The translations under genes were made by a program, and so were the position numbers. A model generated the notes under the pieces. The model was given only the letters and a program-made list of their open reading frames with translations. It was not told the DNA's origin and ran no database searches. A DNA stretch of 17,452 nt from Myxococcota bacterium (lineage in GTDB: Bacteria > Myxococcota_A > Polyangia > Nannocystales > Nannocystaceae): the NCBI GenBank assembly GCA_039028615.1, contig JBCCHT010000081.1, forward strand, positions 1 through 17,452. The letters run 5' to 3'. Below are positions 8,307 through 15,685 of the stretch, piece after piece; position 1 is the stretch's first letter; every line of letters begins with the position of its first letter.

Positions 8307-9540
8307 AGGCGCTTCGACGCGTTCGATGCATGACCAGCTCGGGGAGCGGGACGACGTGGCCCTTGGCGATCTTGCTCCGCTCGATGATGGCCTCCGAGAA
8401 GTTCCAGGACAGGATGAACACGACGTCGTTCGCATCGAGCTCGTCCATGCCCACCACCTTCAGGTCCACCCCCGGGATGTACATGCCTTGCTTGCCCTCG
8501 GTCTCGTCGATGACGTGATCCAAGAAGCTGCTGTCCAGGCCGCAGTAGTTGAGCGCGATGCAGCCCTTCGCACCTGCTCCGAAGCCGACGAGTCGTTCAC
8601 CGTCGGCCTTGAGCTGAGTGAGGAAGCGGCGCACGTTGGCCCGAAAATTCGCGGCCTGGGTGCCGAAGCCTTGGTAGCGCTCGAAGCTATAGAAGCCGCC
8701 CTCCTCCTCCGAGGCGATCATCTTCGCCACCGAGGGCTTGATCTCGTGCTTGCCCTCATGGCCGACGAACATCCGCAGGGAGCCGCCGTAGACCGACGTC
8801 TTCTCGACGTCGTAGACCATCATGCCGTGCTTGCGGAACAGCGTGTCGGCCGAGTGCAGCAGCCAGTACGAGGGATGCTCGTGGTGCACCGTGTCGAAGA
8901 GGGTGCCGTTGATGAGGTCGACGTGGTGGGGCGCCTCGACGATGCAGGTGCCGTCCTCGGCGAGCACCACCTTCAGCCCGGCCACGAATTCGCGGATGTT
9001 CGCGACATGCCCGAACACCTGGGTCGCGGTGACGATCTTGGCCTTGCCGAAGCTGCTCACGATGCCGTCGGCGATGGCCGGGGTCCAGTACTCGTTGATC
9101 GTCGAGATCCCCTTGGTCTTGGCCAGCTCGATCAAGTTGGTGGCCGGATCGACGCCGACCTTGACGACCTCGTAGGGAGAGAACTGATCGAGCGGGCCCC
9201 CATCGTTGCATGCGATGTCGACCACGACATCCCCTCGTTTCATCCCCAGTCGCTCCGACGCGATCGATGCGAGTTCCTGGAAGTGCTCGAGGTTCGGCTT
9301 CGACACCGACGACTCCCAGGGAAAGTCCCGGAACATCAGGTCCGGGTTCACATCGACCGTCAGCTGCGACAGGTGACACCCCTTGCAATACGCGAGCTCC
9401 AACTTGAAGCGCCGAACATCGTTGCCGGGAGCAGACTGAAAATCGTCCGGCAGGGGCATATCCCCGAGATCGAAGTACGGCACGATTTCGCTACCGCAAA
9501 CCTTGCAAGACGTTCGCGTGACACAGTCTGGTTTCTTCAT
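8305..9540 (-). CDS. SAM-dependent NDP-hexose C-methyltransferase (TylC3/EryBIII/NovU family)
   Basis: Zn motif CKVC...CKGC, DLGDMPL, DIACNDG, GVDPA, HHEHPSY, GGSLRMF, FGAGAKG and ILSWNF. Start placed at ATG 9540 (MKKPDC); 411 aa. Confidence 0.92.
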   Translation of the reverse strand: MKKPDCVTRTSCKVCGSEIVPYFDLGDMPLPDDFQSAPGNDVRRFKLELAYCKGCHLSQLTVDVNPDLMFRDFPWESSVSKPNLEHFQELASIASERLGMKRGDVVVDIACNDGGPLDQFSPYEVVKVGVDPATNLIELAKTKGISTINEYWTPAIADGIVSSFGKAKIVTATQVFGHVANIREFVAGLKVVLAEDGTCIVEAPHHVDLINGTLFDTVHHEHPSYWLLHSADTLFRKHGMMVYDVEKTSVYGGSLRMFVGHEGKHEIKPSVAKMIASEEEGGFYSFERYQGFGTQAANFRANVRRFLTQLKADGERLVGFGAGAKGCIALNYCGLDSSFLDHVIDETEGKQGMYIPGVDLKVVGMDELDANDVVFILSWNFSEAIIERSKIAKGHVVPLPELVMHRTRRSA

Positions 9541-9556
9541 GGTCTTCTCGGCCTCA

Positions 9557-9600
9557 AACCTAGCCAGGGTCTCGCCGTGACTACTGCTCACGAGTGAGCA
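9557..9600 (-). promoter_or_regulatory. Palindromic box (9585-9600) plus -10-like TAGGTT (9562-9557) for the C-methyltransferase
   Basis: TGCTCAC-GA-GTGAGCA perfect palindrome, 22 nt from TAGGTT on the minus strand. Confidence 0.7.
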
Positions 9601-9638
9601 CCACTTCTGCGGGACGGCGAAACCGGACTGCACTCTCC

Positions 9639-9681
9639 TGCTCATCATTGAGCAGCTCCCATGACCATGGCTGACTACCGT
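9639..9681 (+). promoter_or_regulatory. Palindromic box (9639-9654) plus -10-like TACCGT (9676-9681) for the dehydratase 2 operon
   Basis: TGCTCA-TCAT-TGAGCA, 21 nt, TACCGT, 6 nt, in-frame GTG at 9688. Confidence 0.7.
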
Positions 9682-11073
9682 GCCGCGGTGGAGTCGAGGG
9701 ACCGCAGCTCTTCCGCGCCTGCCTCGCGACCGCGACCGGATCGCGCGATCATCTCTTGGCTGATCGAGCGCTCCGCCAGCCAGAACCATCGCGTCGAGCG
9801 AGTGCCACTATCCGCTCTCCAGGGATGGTCGACCAAGCCCGGCGACGGAGACCTCGTGCACCAGTCCGGTCGCTTCTTTGCGATCCGGGGGGTGAGGGTC
9901 GACGCCGGCCCGCAGCAGTGGACCCAGCCGATCATCGTGCAGCCGGAGGTCGGCCTGTCGGGCATGGTCGTGCGGCGCTTCGATAGCGTGATGCACTGCC
10001 TGGTTCGCGCCAAGATGGAGCCCGGCAACATCAACTACGTACAGCTGTCGCCCACGGTCCAGGCGACCCGGAGCAACTACACCCGCGCCCACCGGGGCTC
10101 GGCCGTTCCCTACCTCGAGTACTTCCAGGACACCGATCCTCGGCACGTGCTCGTCGATGCCCTGCACACGGAGCAAGGCTCGTGGTTTCTGGCCAAGAAC
10201 AACCGGAACATGGTCGTCGAAGTCGACCGCGACATCCCGGTCGAAGAGGATCACGCGTGGCTCTCCGTCTCGAGCCTACAGTCCCTGCTGCGCTCGGACG
10301 ACATCCTCAACATGAGCACGCGAACGCTGCTGGCGTGCATGGGCGCAGCTGGCTTCGTGGAGCGCATGCCCCGTGGTCCACAGACCTCGCTGTCTCGCCC
10401 GGTTCATGACTCCTTCCTCGCTCAGAGCGGCCACCACTCTCTCGACCGAGTGCGGGCGTGGCTGGACCAGCGACGAAAGGAACGCGCGGCGACCAGCGAG
10501 GTCGTGCCCCTGCGGCAGATCACGAACGAAGGCTGGAACCTCGGCGCCGAGTCGATTCGTCACGAACGAGGGCGCTACTTCCAAGTGGTGGGCATCGATG
10601 TCTCGGCCACCGGGCGCGAGGTCCGGTCGTGGCAGCAGCCGATCATCGCCCCCACCGACACGGGCCTCGTCGCCTTCGTCGCTCGGCGCATCGATGGCTT
10701 GTTGCACGTGCTGGTCCAGGCTCGGGTCGAGGCCGGTGCCGCCGCGGGAGCCCACATCGCTCCGACCGTGCAGTGCGTGCCCGGCAACTACGAGCATCTC
10801 CCCGCCGATCAGCGCCCGCGCTATCTCGATGTCGTGCGAGAGGCTCCCGCGAGCCGACGCCACTACGATGCCATGCAGTCGGAGGAAGGCGGCCGGCTGT
10901 TCCATGCTCGCAACCGCTACCGGGTGGTCGAGGTCGACGACGGCTTCTCGCTCGACACCCCACCCGACTACCAGTGGGTCACCCTCGGGCAGCTCGATGC
11001 CCTGCTCGTGCCCGGTGGAAATCTCGACATCGAACTGAGGAGCTTGATGGCATGCACTCGAACTCTCGCGTAG
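9661..11073 (+). CDS. NDP-hexose 2,3-dehydratase, copy 2 (true start may be GTG 9688)
   Basis: HQSGRFFAIRG, QPIIVQPEVG, AKMEPGN, QLSPTVQATRSNY, EQGSWFLAKNNRN, SEEGGRLFHARNR and DIELRSL. Confidence 0.94.
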   Translation: MTMADYRAAVESRDRSSSAPASRPRPDRAIISWLIERSASQNHRVERVPLSALQGWSTKPGDGDLVHQSGRFFAIRGVRVDAGPQQWTQPIIVQPEVGLSGMVVRRFDSVMHCLVRAKMEPGNINYVQLSPTVQATRSNYTRAHRGSAVPYLEYFQDTDPRHVLVDALHTEQGSWFLAKNNRNMVVEVDRDIPVEEDHAWLSVSSLQSLLRSDDILNMSTRTLLACMGAAGFVERMPRGPQTSLSRPVHDSFLAQSGHHSLDRVRAWLDQRRKERAATSEVVPLRQITNEGWNLGAESIRHERGRYFQVVGIDVSATGREVRSWQQPIIAPTDTGLVAFVARRIDGLLHVLVQARVEAGAAAGAHIAPTVQCVPGNYEHLPADQRPRYLDVVREAPASRRHYDAMQSEEGGRLFHARNRYRVVEVDDGFSLDTPPDYQWVTLGQLDALLVPGGNLDIELRSLMACTRTLA

Positions 11074-12044
11074 GCGCCTCCCTCCGGTTCGGCATCCTGG
11101 GCTGCGCCGACATTGCGTGGCGGCGCATGCTTCCCGCCCTCGCGGCCCATCCCTCCACCACCGTCACCGCGCACGCATCACGGTCGACCGACAAAGCACG
11201 GAAGTTCGCCGAGCGCTTCGGCGGCACCCCATGCACGGGCTACCAGGCCCTGCTCGAGCGCTCCGATGTGGACGCGGTGTACATCCCGCTCCCCAACTCA
11301 CACCACTACGAGTGGGCCGCTCGAGCGCTACGGGCGAGCAAGCACGTACTGTGTGAAAAGCCGCTCACCACCGACGCCCGCCAGACCGAGGAGCTGCTCG
11401 AGCTGTCCGAGCGCCACGGCGTCTCGCTGATGGAAAACTACGCGTTCGAGTTCCACTCGATGCACGCCCGCGCCCGAGAACTCGTCGACCAAGGAGCCGT
11501 GGGCGAGCTCCGGCACTTCTCGAGTGCGTTCACCGTCCCGCGTCGCCCCGAGGGCGACATCCGCCTCCGTCACGATCTCGGGGGAGGGGCCATGCTCGAC
11601 GCCGCGGGTTACCCCCTGCGGGCCGCCCTTCACCTGCTGGGACCCATCGAGATTCTCGACGTCGTCCCGCAGCAAAGCGGCGAGATCGACGTCGCGGGCA
11701 CCGTATTGGCGAGGACACCTTCGAATGTCTCGGTCACCCTGACCTACGGCCTCGACCACTTCTATCGGGCCGACTACGTGTTCCACGGCAGCACCGGTCG
11801 GCTCTCGCTGGACCGAGTGTTCACCGCGCCCGCCGACTTCGAGCCGACGCTGCGGCTGAGCACCCGCAACGGGCATCAGGAGCTGACCCTCGCGGCCGAC
11901 GACCAAGTTCGACACATGCTGACCGCATTCGTGGCGTCGGCCAGCGCAGCCCGTGACGCCCAGCGCCGGGCCACGACATCCCTGCACGCCCGCCTACTCG
12001 ACGACATCCGAGCCCAACGAGCCCTCCGGGAGATTGAGCAATGA
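11052..12044 (+). CDS. Gfo/Idh/MocA-family oxidoreductase, probable NDP-hexose 3-ketoreductase (KijD10/SpnN/OleW type)
   Basis: LRFGILGCADIAWRRMLPAL, DAVYIPLPNSHH, KHVLCEKPL and GGGAMLDAAGYP. GAGGAG Shine-Dalgarno at 11037-11042 precedes ATG 11052; 330 aa. Confidence 0.92.
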   Translation: MHSNSRVGASLRFGILGCADIAWRRMLPALAAHPSTTVTAHASRSTDKARKFAERFGGTPCTGYQALLERSDVDAVYIPLPNSHHYEWAARALRASKHVLCEKPLTTDARQTEELLELSERHGVSLMENYAFEFHSMHARARELVDQGAVGELRHFSSAFTVPRRPEGDIRLRHDLGGGAMLDAAGYPLRAALHLLGPIEILDVVPQQSGEIDVAGTVLARTPSNVSVTLTYGLDHFYRADYVFHGSTGRLSLDRVFTAPADFEPTLRLSTRNGHQELTLAADDQVRHMLTAFVASASAARDAQRRATTSLHARLLDDIRAQRALREIEQ

Positions 12045-12646
12045 ACTTCAAACCGATGACGCTGGCCGGGGGTTATCTCATCGACCCCAAGATCTTCCAC
12101 GACGACCGCGGGGAATTCTACGAGGTGCTGCGACCCGCACGCCTCGAAGAGGCCACCGGGTATCGCTTCACCGCGCAGCAGTTCAGCTTCTCTCGGTCGC
12201 ACCGCAACATTCTCCGCGGCATCCATACGACTCGGGTTCCGCCTGGCCAGGCCAAGGTCGTTTCTTGTGCCCACGGCTCCATCTTGACCGCCACCGTCGA
12301 TCTGCGGGTGGGCTCGCCCACCTTCGGCCAATTCGAGCTCACCCCTCAGGATGCCGAGTCCGGCGTCTCCGTGGTCCTCACCGATGGCCTCGGGCACGCG
12401 TTCCTGGTGCTCTCGGACACCGCCGTCGTCTCCTATCTCGCGTCCAAGGAGTACCAGCCCGGCACCATGATCGAGATCGACGCCCTCGATCCCGCGCTCG
12501 GCATCGAGTGGCCGCTCCAGGGCGAACCGATCCGCTCGCCCAAGGATGCCGCCGCGCCCACTGCCGACGAAGCCGCTGCATCCGGCATTCTGCCGACCTA
12601 CGAGCAGTGCCTCCGCTCCGCCGTCATCCCGGAGAAGTCGTCATGA
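12041..12646 (+). CDS. dTDP-4-keto-6-deoxyhexose (3,)5-epimerase, RmlC/EvaD family
   Basis: FHDDRGEFYE, SHRNILRGIH, GQAKVVSC, VDLRVGSPTFG, GLGHAF, DPALGIEWP and SPKD; ATGA overlap with the upstream gene. Confidence 0.95.
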   Translation: MNFKPMTLAGGYLIDPKIFHDDRGEFYEVLRPARLEEATGYRFTAQQFSFSRSHRNILRGIHTTRVPPGQAKVVSCAHGSILTATVDLRVGSPTFGQFELTPQDAESGVSVVLTDGLGHAFLVLSDTAVVSYLASKEYQPGTMIEIDALDPALGIEWPLQGEPIRSPKDAAAPTADEAAASGILPTYEQCLRSAVIPEKSS

Positions 12647-13767
12647 TCCCGTTGTTCAAGGTCTCCACGTCTCCCCGCGCCGCCGACCTCGTCGCCGAAG
12701 TCCTGGAGAGCGGATACTTGGGGGAAGGCCCCAAGGTCGAAGCGTTCGAAGCCGAGCTGGCCAAGCACTTCGGCACCCCCCGCGTCGCCACCGTCAACAG
12801 TGCGACCTCGGGCATCCACCTCGTGTTGCACATGCTGCGCGAGGAGGCACGAGGCCCCGGCGACCGCAACGAGGTGCTCTCGACGCCGCTGACCTTCCCC
12901 TCGTCCAACTGGCCCGTGCTCCTCAACGGGTTTCGTCTGAAATGGGTCGACGTCGACCCGGCGACCCTCAATGTCGATCTCGACGACGTCGCTCGCAAGA
13001 TCACCGAACGCACCCGGGCCATCGTCGTCGTCCACTGGGGCGGCTATCCCATCGACATGGCCCGCCTCGACGCCATACTCGACGAAGCCGAGGCGCTTCA
13101 CGGACACCGCCCCGTCGTCCTCGAGGACTGCGCCCACGCGATGGGTTCCACCTACCACGGCGAGATCGTCGGGACGCACGGCAACCCCTCCGTCTTCAGC
13201 TTCCAGGCGGTCAAGCACCTCAACACCGCCGATGGCGGCATGCTCATCCTCCCCGACGACGAGATGTGGCGTCGCGCTCGACGGCTTCGCTGGCTCGGCT
13301 TCGACCGCGATGGCACCGAGCGTTTCCGTAGCGAGCTGAACATCGAAGAATACGGCTTCAAGTTCCACATGAACGACGTCGCCGCCGCGATGGGCCTGGC
13401 CAACCTCGACATCGTCGACGGCAACATCCGCCGACACAAACACAATGCCGCCCGCTACGACCAAGCCCTCGGCGACGTGGCGGGTCTACAGCTCACCGAG
13501 CGACGCGAAGGCTTCGAGTCTTCGTTCTGGCTCTACTCCATCCTCGTCGACGATCGGCCTGGCTTCATGCGGCGTATGAACGAGGCGGGCATCCACGTCA
13601 GCCAGGTCCAGCGTCGCAACGATCTGCATACTTGTGTCACTGACGTTCGTTCGCAGCTCCCCGGCCTCGACAGCGTCGCCGACCGCATGGTCGCGATCCC
13701 CGTCGGATGGTGGCTGAAAGACGAAGACGTCGACTACGTCGTGGAGACGATACGCGGCGGCTGGTAG
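12643..13767 (+). CDS. DegT/DnrJ/EryC1/StrS PLP-dependent sugar aminotransferase, likely C4-type (AtmS13-like)
   Basis: MIPLFKV start, GPKVEAFE, NSATSG, VHWGGYP, EDCAHA, SFQAVKHL (PLP Lys) and IPVGWWL; ATGA overlap; 374 aa. Confidence 0.94.
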   Translation: MIPLFKVSTSPRAADLVAEVLESGYLGEGPKVEAFEAELAKHFGTPRVATVNSATSGIHLVLHMLREEARGPGDRNEVLSTPLTFPSSNWPVLLNGFRLKWVDVDPATLNVDLDDVARKITERTRAIVVVHWGGYPIDMARLDAILDEAEALHGHRPVVLEDCAHAMGSTYHGEIVGTHGNPSVFSFQAVKHLNTADGGMLILPDDEMWRRARRLRWLGFDRDGTERFRSELNIEEYGFKFHMNDVAAAMGLANLDIVDGNIRRHKHNAARYDQALGDVAGLQLTERREGFESSFWLYSILVDDRPGFMRRMNEAGIHVSQVQRRNDLHTCVTDVRSQLPGLDSVADRMVAIPVGWWLKDEDVDYVVETIRGGW

Positions 13768-13788
13768 CGCCCCCGGGCCCAAGGCGCG

Positions 13789-15537
13789 CTAGAAGTCGAG
13801 CGCGTAGTGATCCGCACCCGTCCGCTGCTCGAACAGCTCGGCGGTCTTCGCCGTCGCCGTCGATGGTTTGAGCCGCGGCAAGAGCTTCGTGTAGCGGCGG
13901 TTCGCCGAGGCTCGGTCGCCCAAGAGCTGATCGATGCGGGCCGCCACGAAGTCGCTCCAGACACTGGTGCGAGCCTCCTTCACGCCGATCGCCCGCACGA
14001 GTTCGTCGAGGTCGGCCTCGGGCTCCGCCCGCGCGGCAACGACCAGCGGCTGCCCATCCCCGGCTTCGTAGTCCTCCGGATCGAAGCGCGGGCCCCCGTT
14101 GCTGCCCGTCCCCTGCAGCTGTGCATGCTCCGGCACTCCCGGGAGCGGCTCGCCGCCCATCGACGCCACGAAGAACACGCTCCCGGCCCAGGCATCGACG
14201 AACGCCCAGCCCTCGGGGGTCACCACTCGAGCGAGTACATGCCCCTTTCCGGGGAGTCGAAACAGCTCGACCCGCTCGAACACACGCGCCAGGGTCGAGG
14301 CTAGGGCGTAGTTCTGACCGTCGGCGTTGACCATGCCCCGAACCAGGCGCGCCCACGCGGTTCGCTCGAAGTCCGGGTCCGTGCTCGACTCGGCGACACG
14401 AGCACCACAATGCCGCTCATTGACGAAGACCTCACGCACGATCGCCTGGGCGACTTTGAGGCTACCGAGCGCTCCTTGCTGGCGACACTCGATCTGTTGC
14501 GTCACCCGCCGCGTCCACATCGACCAGAGCGCGGCATCCAGCGCGAGCACTCGAGCCTGGGCCTGCCCATCGGTTCGGGCCAGCCATCCCGCACGACCCG
14601 GCAAAAAGTAGTCGGGGTGCGACCGAAGCAAGGCCTGCGCGCCCGTTCGGATCGCCGTGCGGGGATGCCTGGACTTCGTCGCCCGAGCGGAACGACGCCG
14701 AATGACGCAGGCCTCGACGGGAGACGGTTCGGGATTGTCGTGAGAGTAGTCGAGGACCCCGCGAACCGTAATGGTCGGGTTCTCCAACACGCGTAGCTCA
14801 CGACCATAGTGGGAGTGCGCCGCATGCAAGGCGAAGGCATGCGAGATCAACACGTCGCCCGCGTCGCCCGTGAACTCGAACGCATCATCGCACTCGCGGG
14901 CGATGGTGCGGCCCCAGTCGACGTCCATCGTGTCGATGCCCTCGGGAGACTCATCGAGCTGGTGAACGACCCGAGTCAGCGACTCACCGCTGAACAGAGT
15001 CCCCCCGCCCCCCGGCTCGACTTTCGACCACAACACGAGCAACACCAGCGCATCATGCCGAGCCTCGAGCGTCGTCGAGTTGGAGGGCACGTCGATGTGC
15101 CAATACTGCTCGTAGCGGTACTCGGGCGTCAGCGGCGGACATGGAGGTGGCTGGTAGTCGCCATTGAGGATGAACTGCTCGCCCATCGTCCGCCGGTCGA
15201 CATAGTGGCGCTGGCCTGCCAGGGTCCGCAGCGCCTCCCACAATTTGGGCGCGAACTCGGCGATGGGAAGGGCCCGCTGCGTATCGACGCTCAAGCTCGA
15301 ATAGGGCCATTGGCTGGCGTCGAGCAGATCGAGCTGCGCCAGCGGGATCGACCCCCTCAGCTCCCCCCGATCCCGATACGTAGGCATCGGCTCCTTGTCG
15401 ACGAGGGTACGGCGGGTCAGCTCGCGCATGCGCTCGGCCGGCAAACACCCCCGCAACACGAGATAGCCTCGCTCGATGAACTCCTCGACCTGGGAGGCAG
15501 AGAGTCCGTCGTCGGGATGATCGAGATCCGAGCCCAT
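13789..15537 (-). CDS. Hypothetical fusion: N-terminal phytanoyl-CoA dioxygenase-like (Fe/2OG) domain plus C-terminal degenerate transglutaminase-like region
   Basis: LSASQVEEFIERGYLVLRGC, WHID (HxD), GGGT and GDAGDVLISHAFALH; C-terminal GMVNADGQN...GHVLARV...WAFVDAW. Start ATG 15537 preferred. Confidence 0.7.
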   Translation of the reverse strand: MGSDLDHPDDGLSASQVEEFIERGYLVLRGCLPAERMRELTRRTLVDKEPMPTYRDRGELRGSIPLAQLDLLDASQWPYSSLSVDTQRALPIAEFAPKLWEALRTLAGQRHYVDRRTMGEQFILNGDYQPPPCPPLTPEYRYEQYWHIDVPSNSTTLEARHDALVLLVLWSKVEPGGGGTLFSGESLTRVVHQLDESPEGIDTMDVDWGRTIARECDDAFEFTGDAGDVLISHAFALHAAHSHYGRELRVLENPTITVRGVLDYSHDNPEPSPVEACVIRRRSARATKSRHPRTAIRTGAQALLRSHPDYFLPGRAGWLARTDGQAQARVLALDAALWSMWTRRVTQQIECRQQGALGSLKVAQAIVREVFVNERHCGARVAESSTDPDFERTAWARLVRGMVNADGQNYALASTLARVFERVELFRLPGKGHVLARVVTPEGWAFVDAWAGSVFFVASMGGEPLPGVPEHAQLQGTGSNGGPRFDPEDYEAGDGQPLVVAARAEPEADLDELVRAIGVKEARTSVWSDFVAARIDQLLGDRASANRRYTKLLPRLKPSTATAKTAELFEQRTGADHYALDF

Positions 15538-15685
15538 GAGGCGCCACGAGTCTACCGTGGGCGCGGGCGAGGCGCTCCTCGGAGCCGCGGAAAATCGACC
15601 GCGCGCGCAATCCATTCGAGGTGCGCCCGGACTTCTCGGTCACCGCTGGCCGGCCCATGTCGCGGCCACGCTCGAGGACGAACCG

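Noticed and set aside
7471..9597. 708-aa + strand ORF
   Set aside because: Off-frame over the P450 and antisense to the C-methyltransferase; typical high-GC shadow ORF with no motifs.
9541..9789. 83-aa N-terminal extension of the C-methyltransferase
   Set aside because: Runs through the divergent promoter and dehydratase 2; the Zn motif starts just after Met 9540.
10458..11051. N-terminal extension of the 528-aa ORF, suggesting a fusion
   Set aside because: Overlaps dehydratase 2 in another frame; family homology and a Shine-Dalgarno motif support a start at 11052.
11953..12642. N-terminal extension of the 604-aa ORF
   Set aside because: Overlaps the epimerase; the aminotransferase begins at the ATGA-coupled ATG 12643.
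8305..13767. Vancosamine (EvaA-E) pathway call
   Set aside because: A 3-ketoreductase is present, no EvaE-like 4-ketoreductase is visible, and the aminotransferase looks C4-type; not formally excluded without phylogeny.
15574..15585. GCTCC-TC-GGAGC palindrome upstream of the PhyH-like gene as an eighth box
   Set aside because: Half-sites and spacing differ from the consensus; short GC-rich palindromes are expected by chance.
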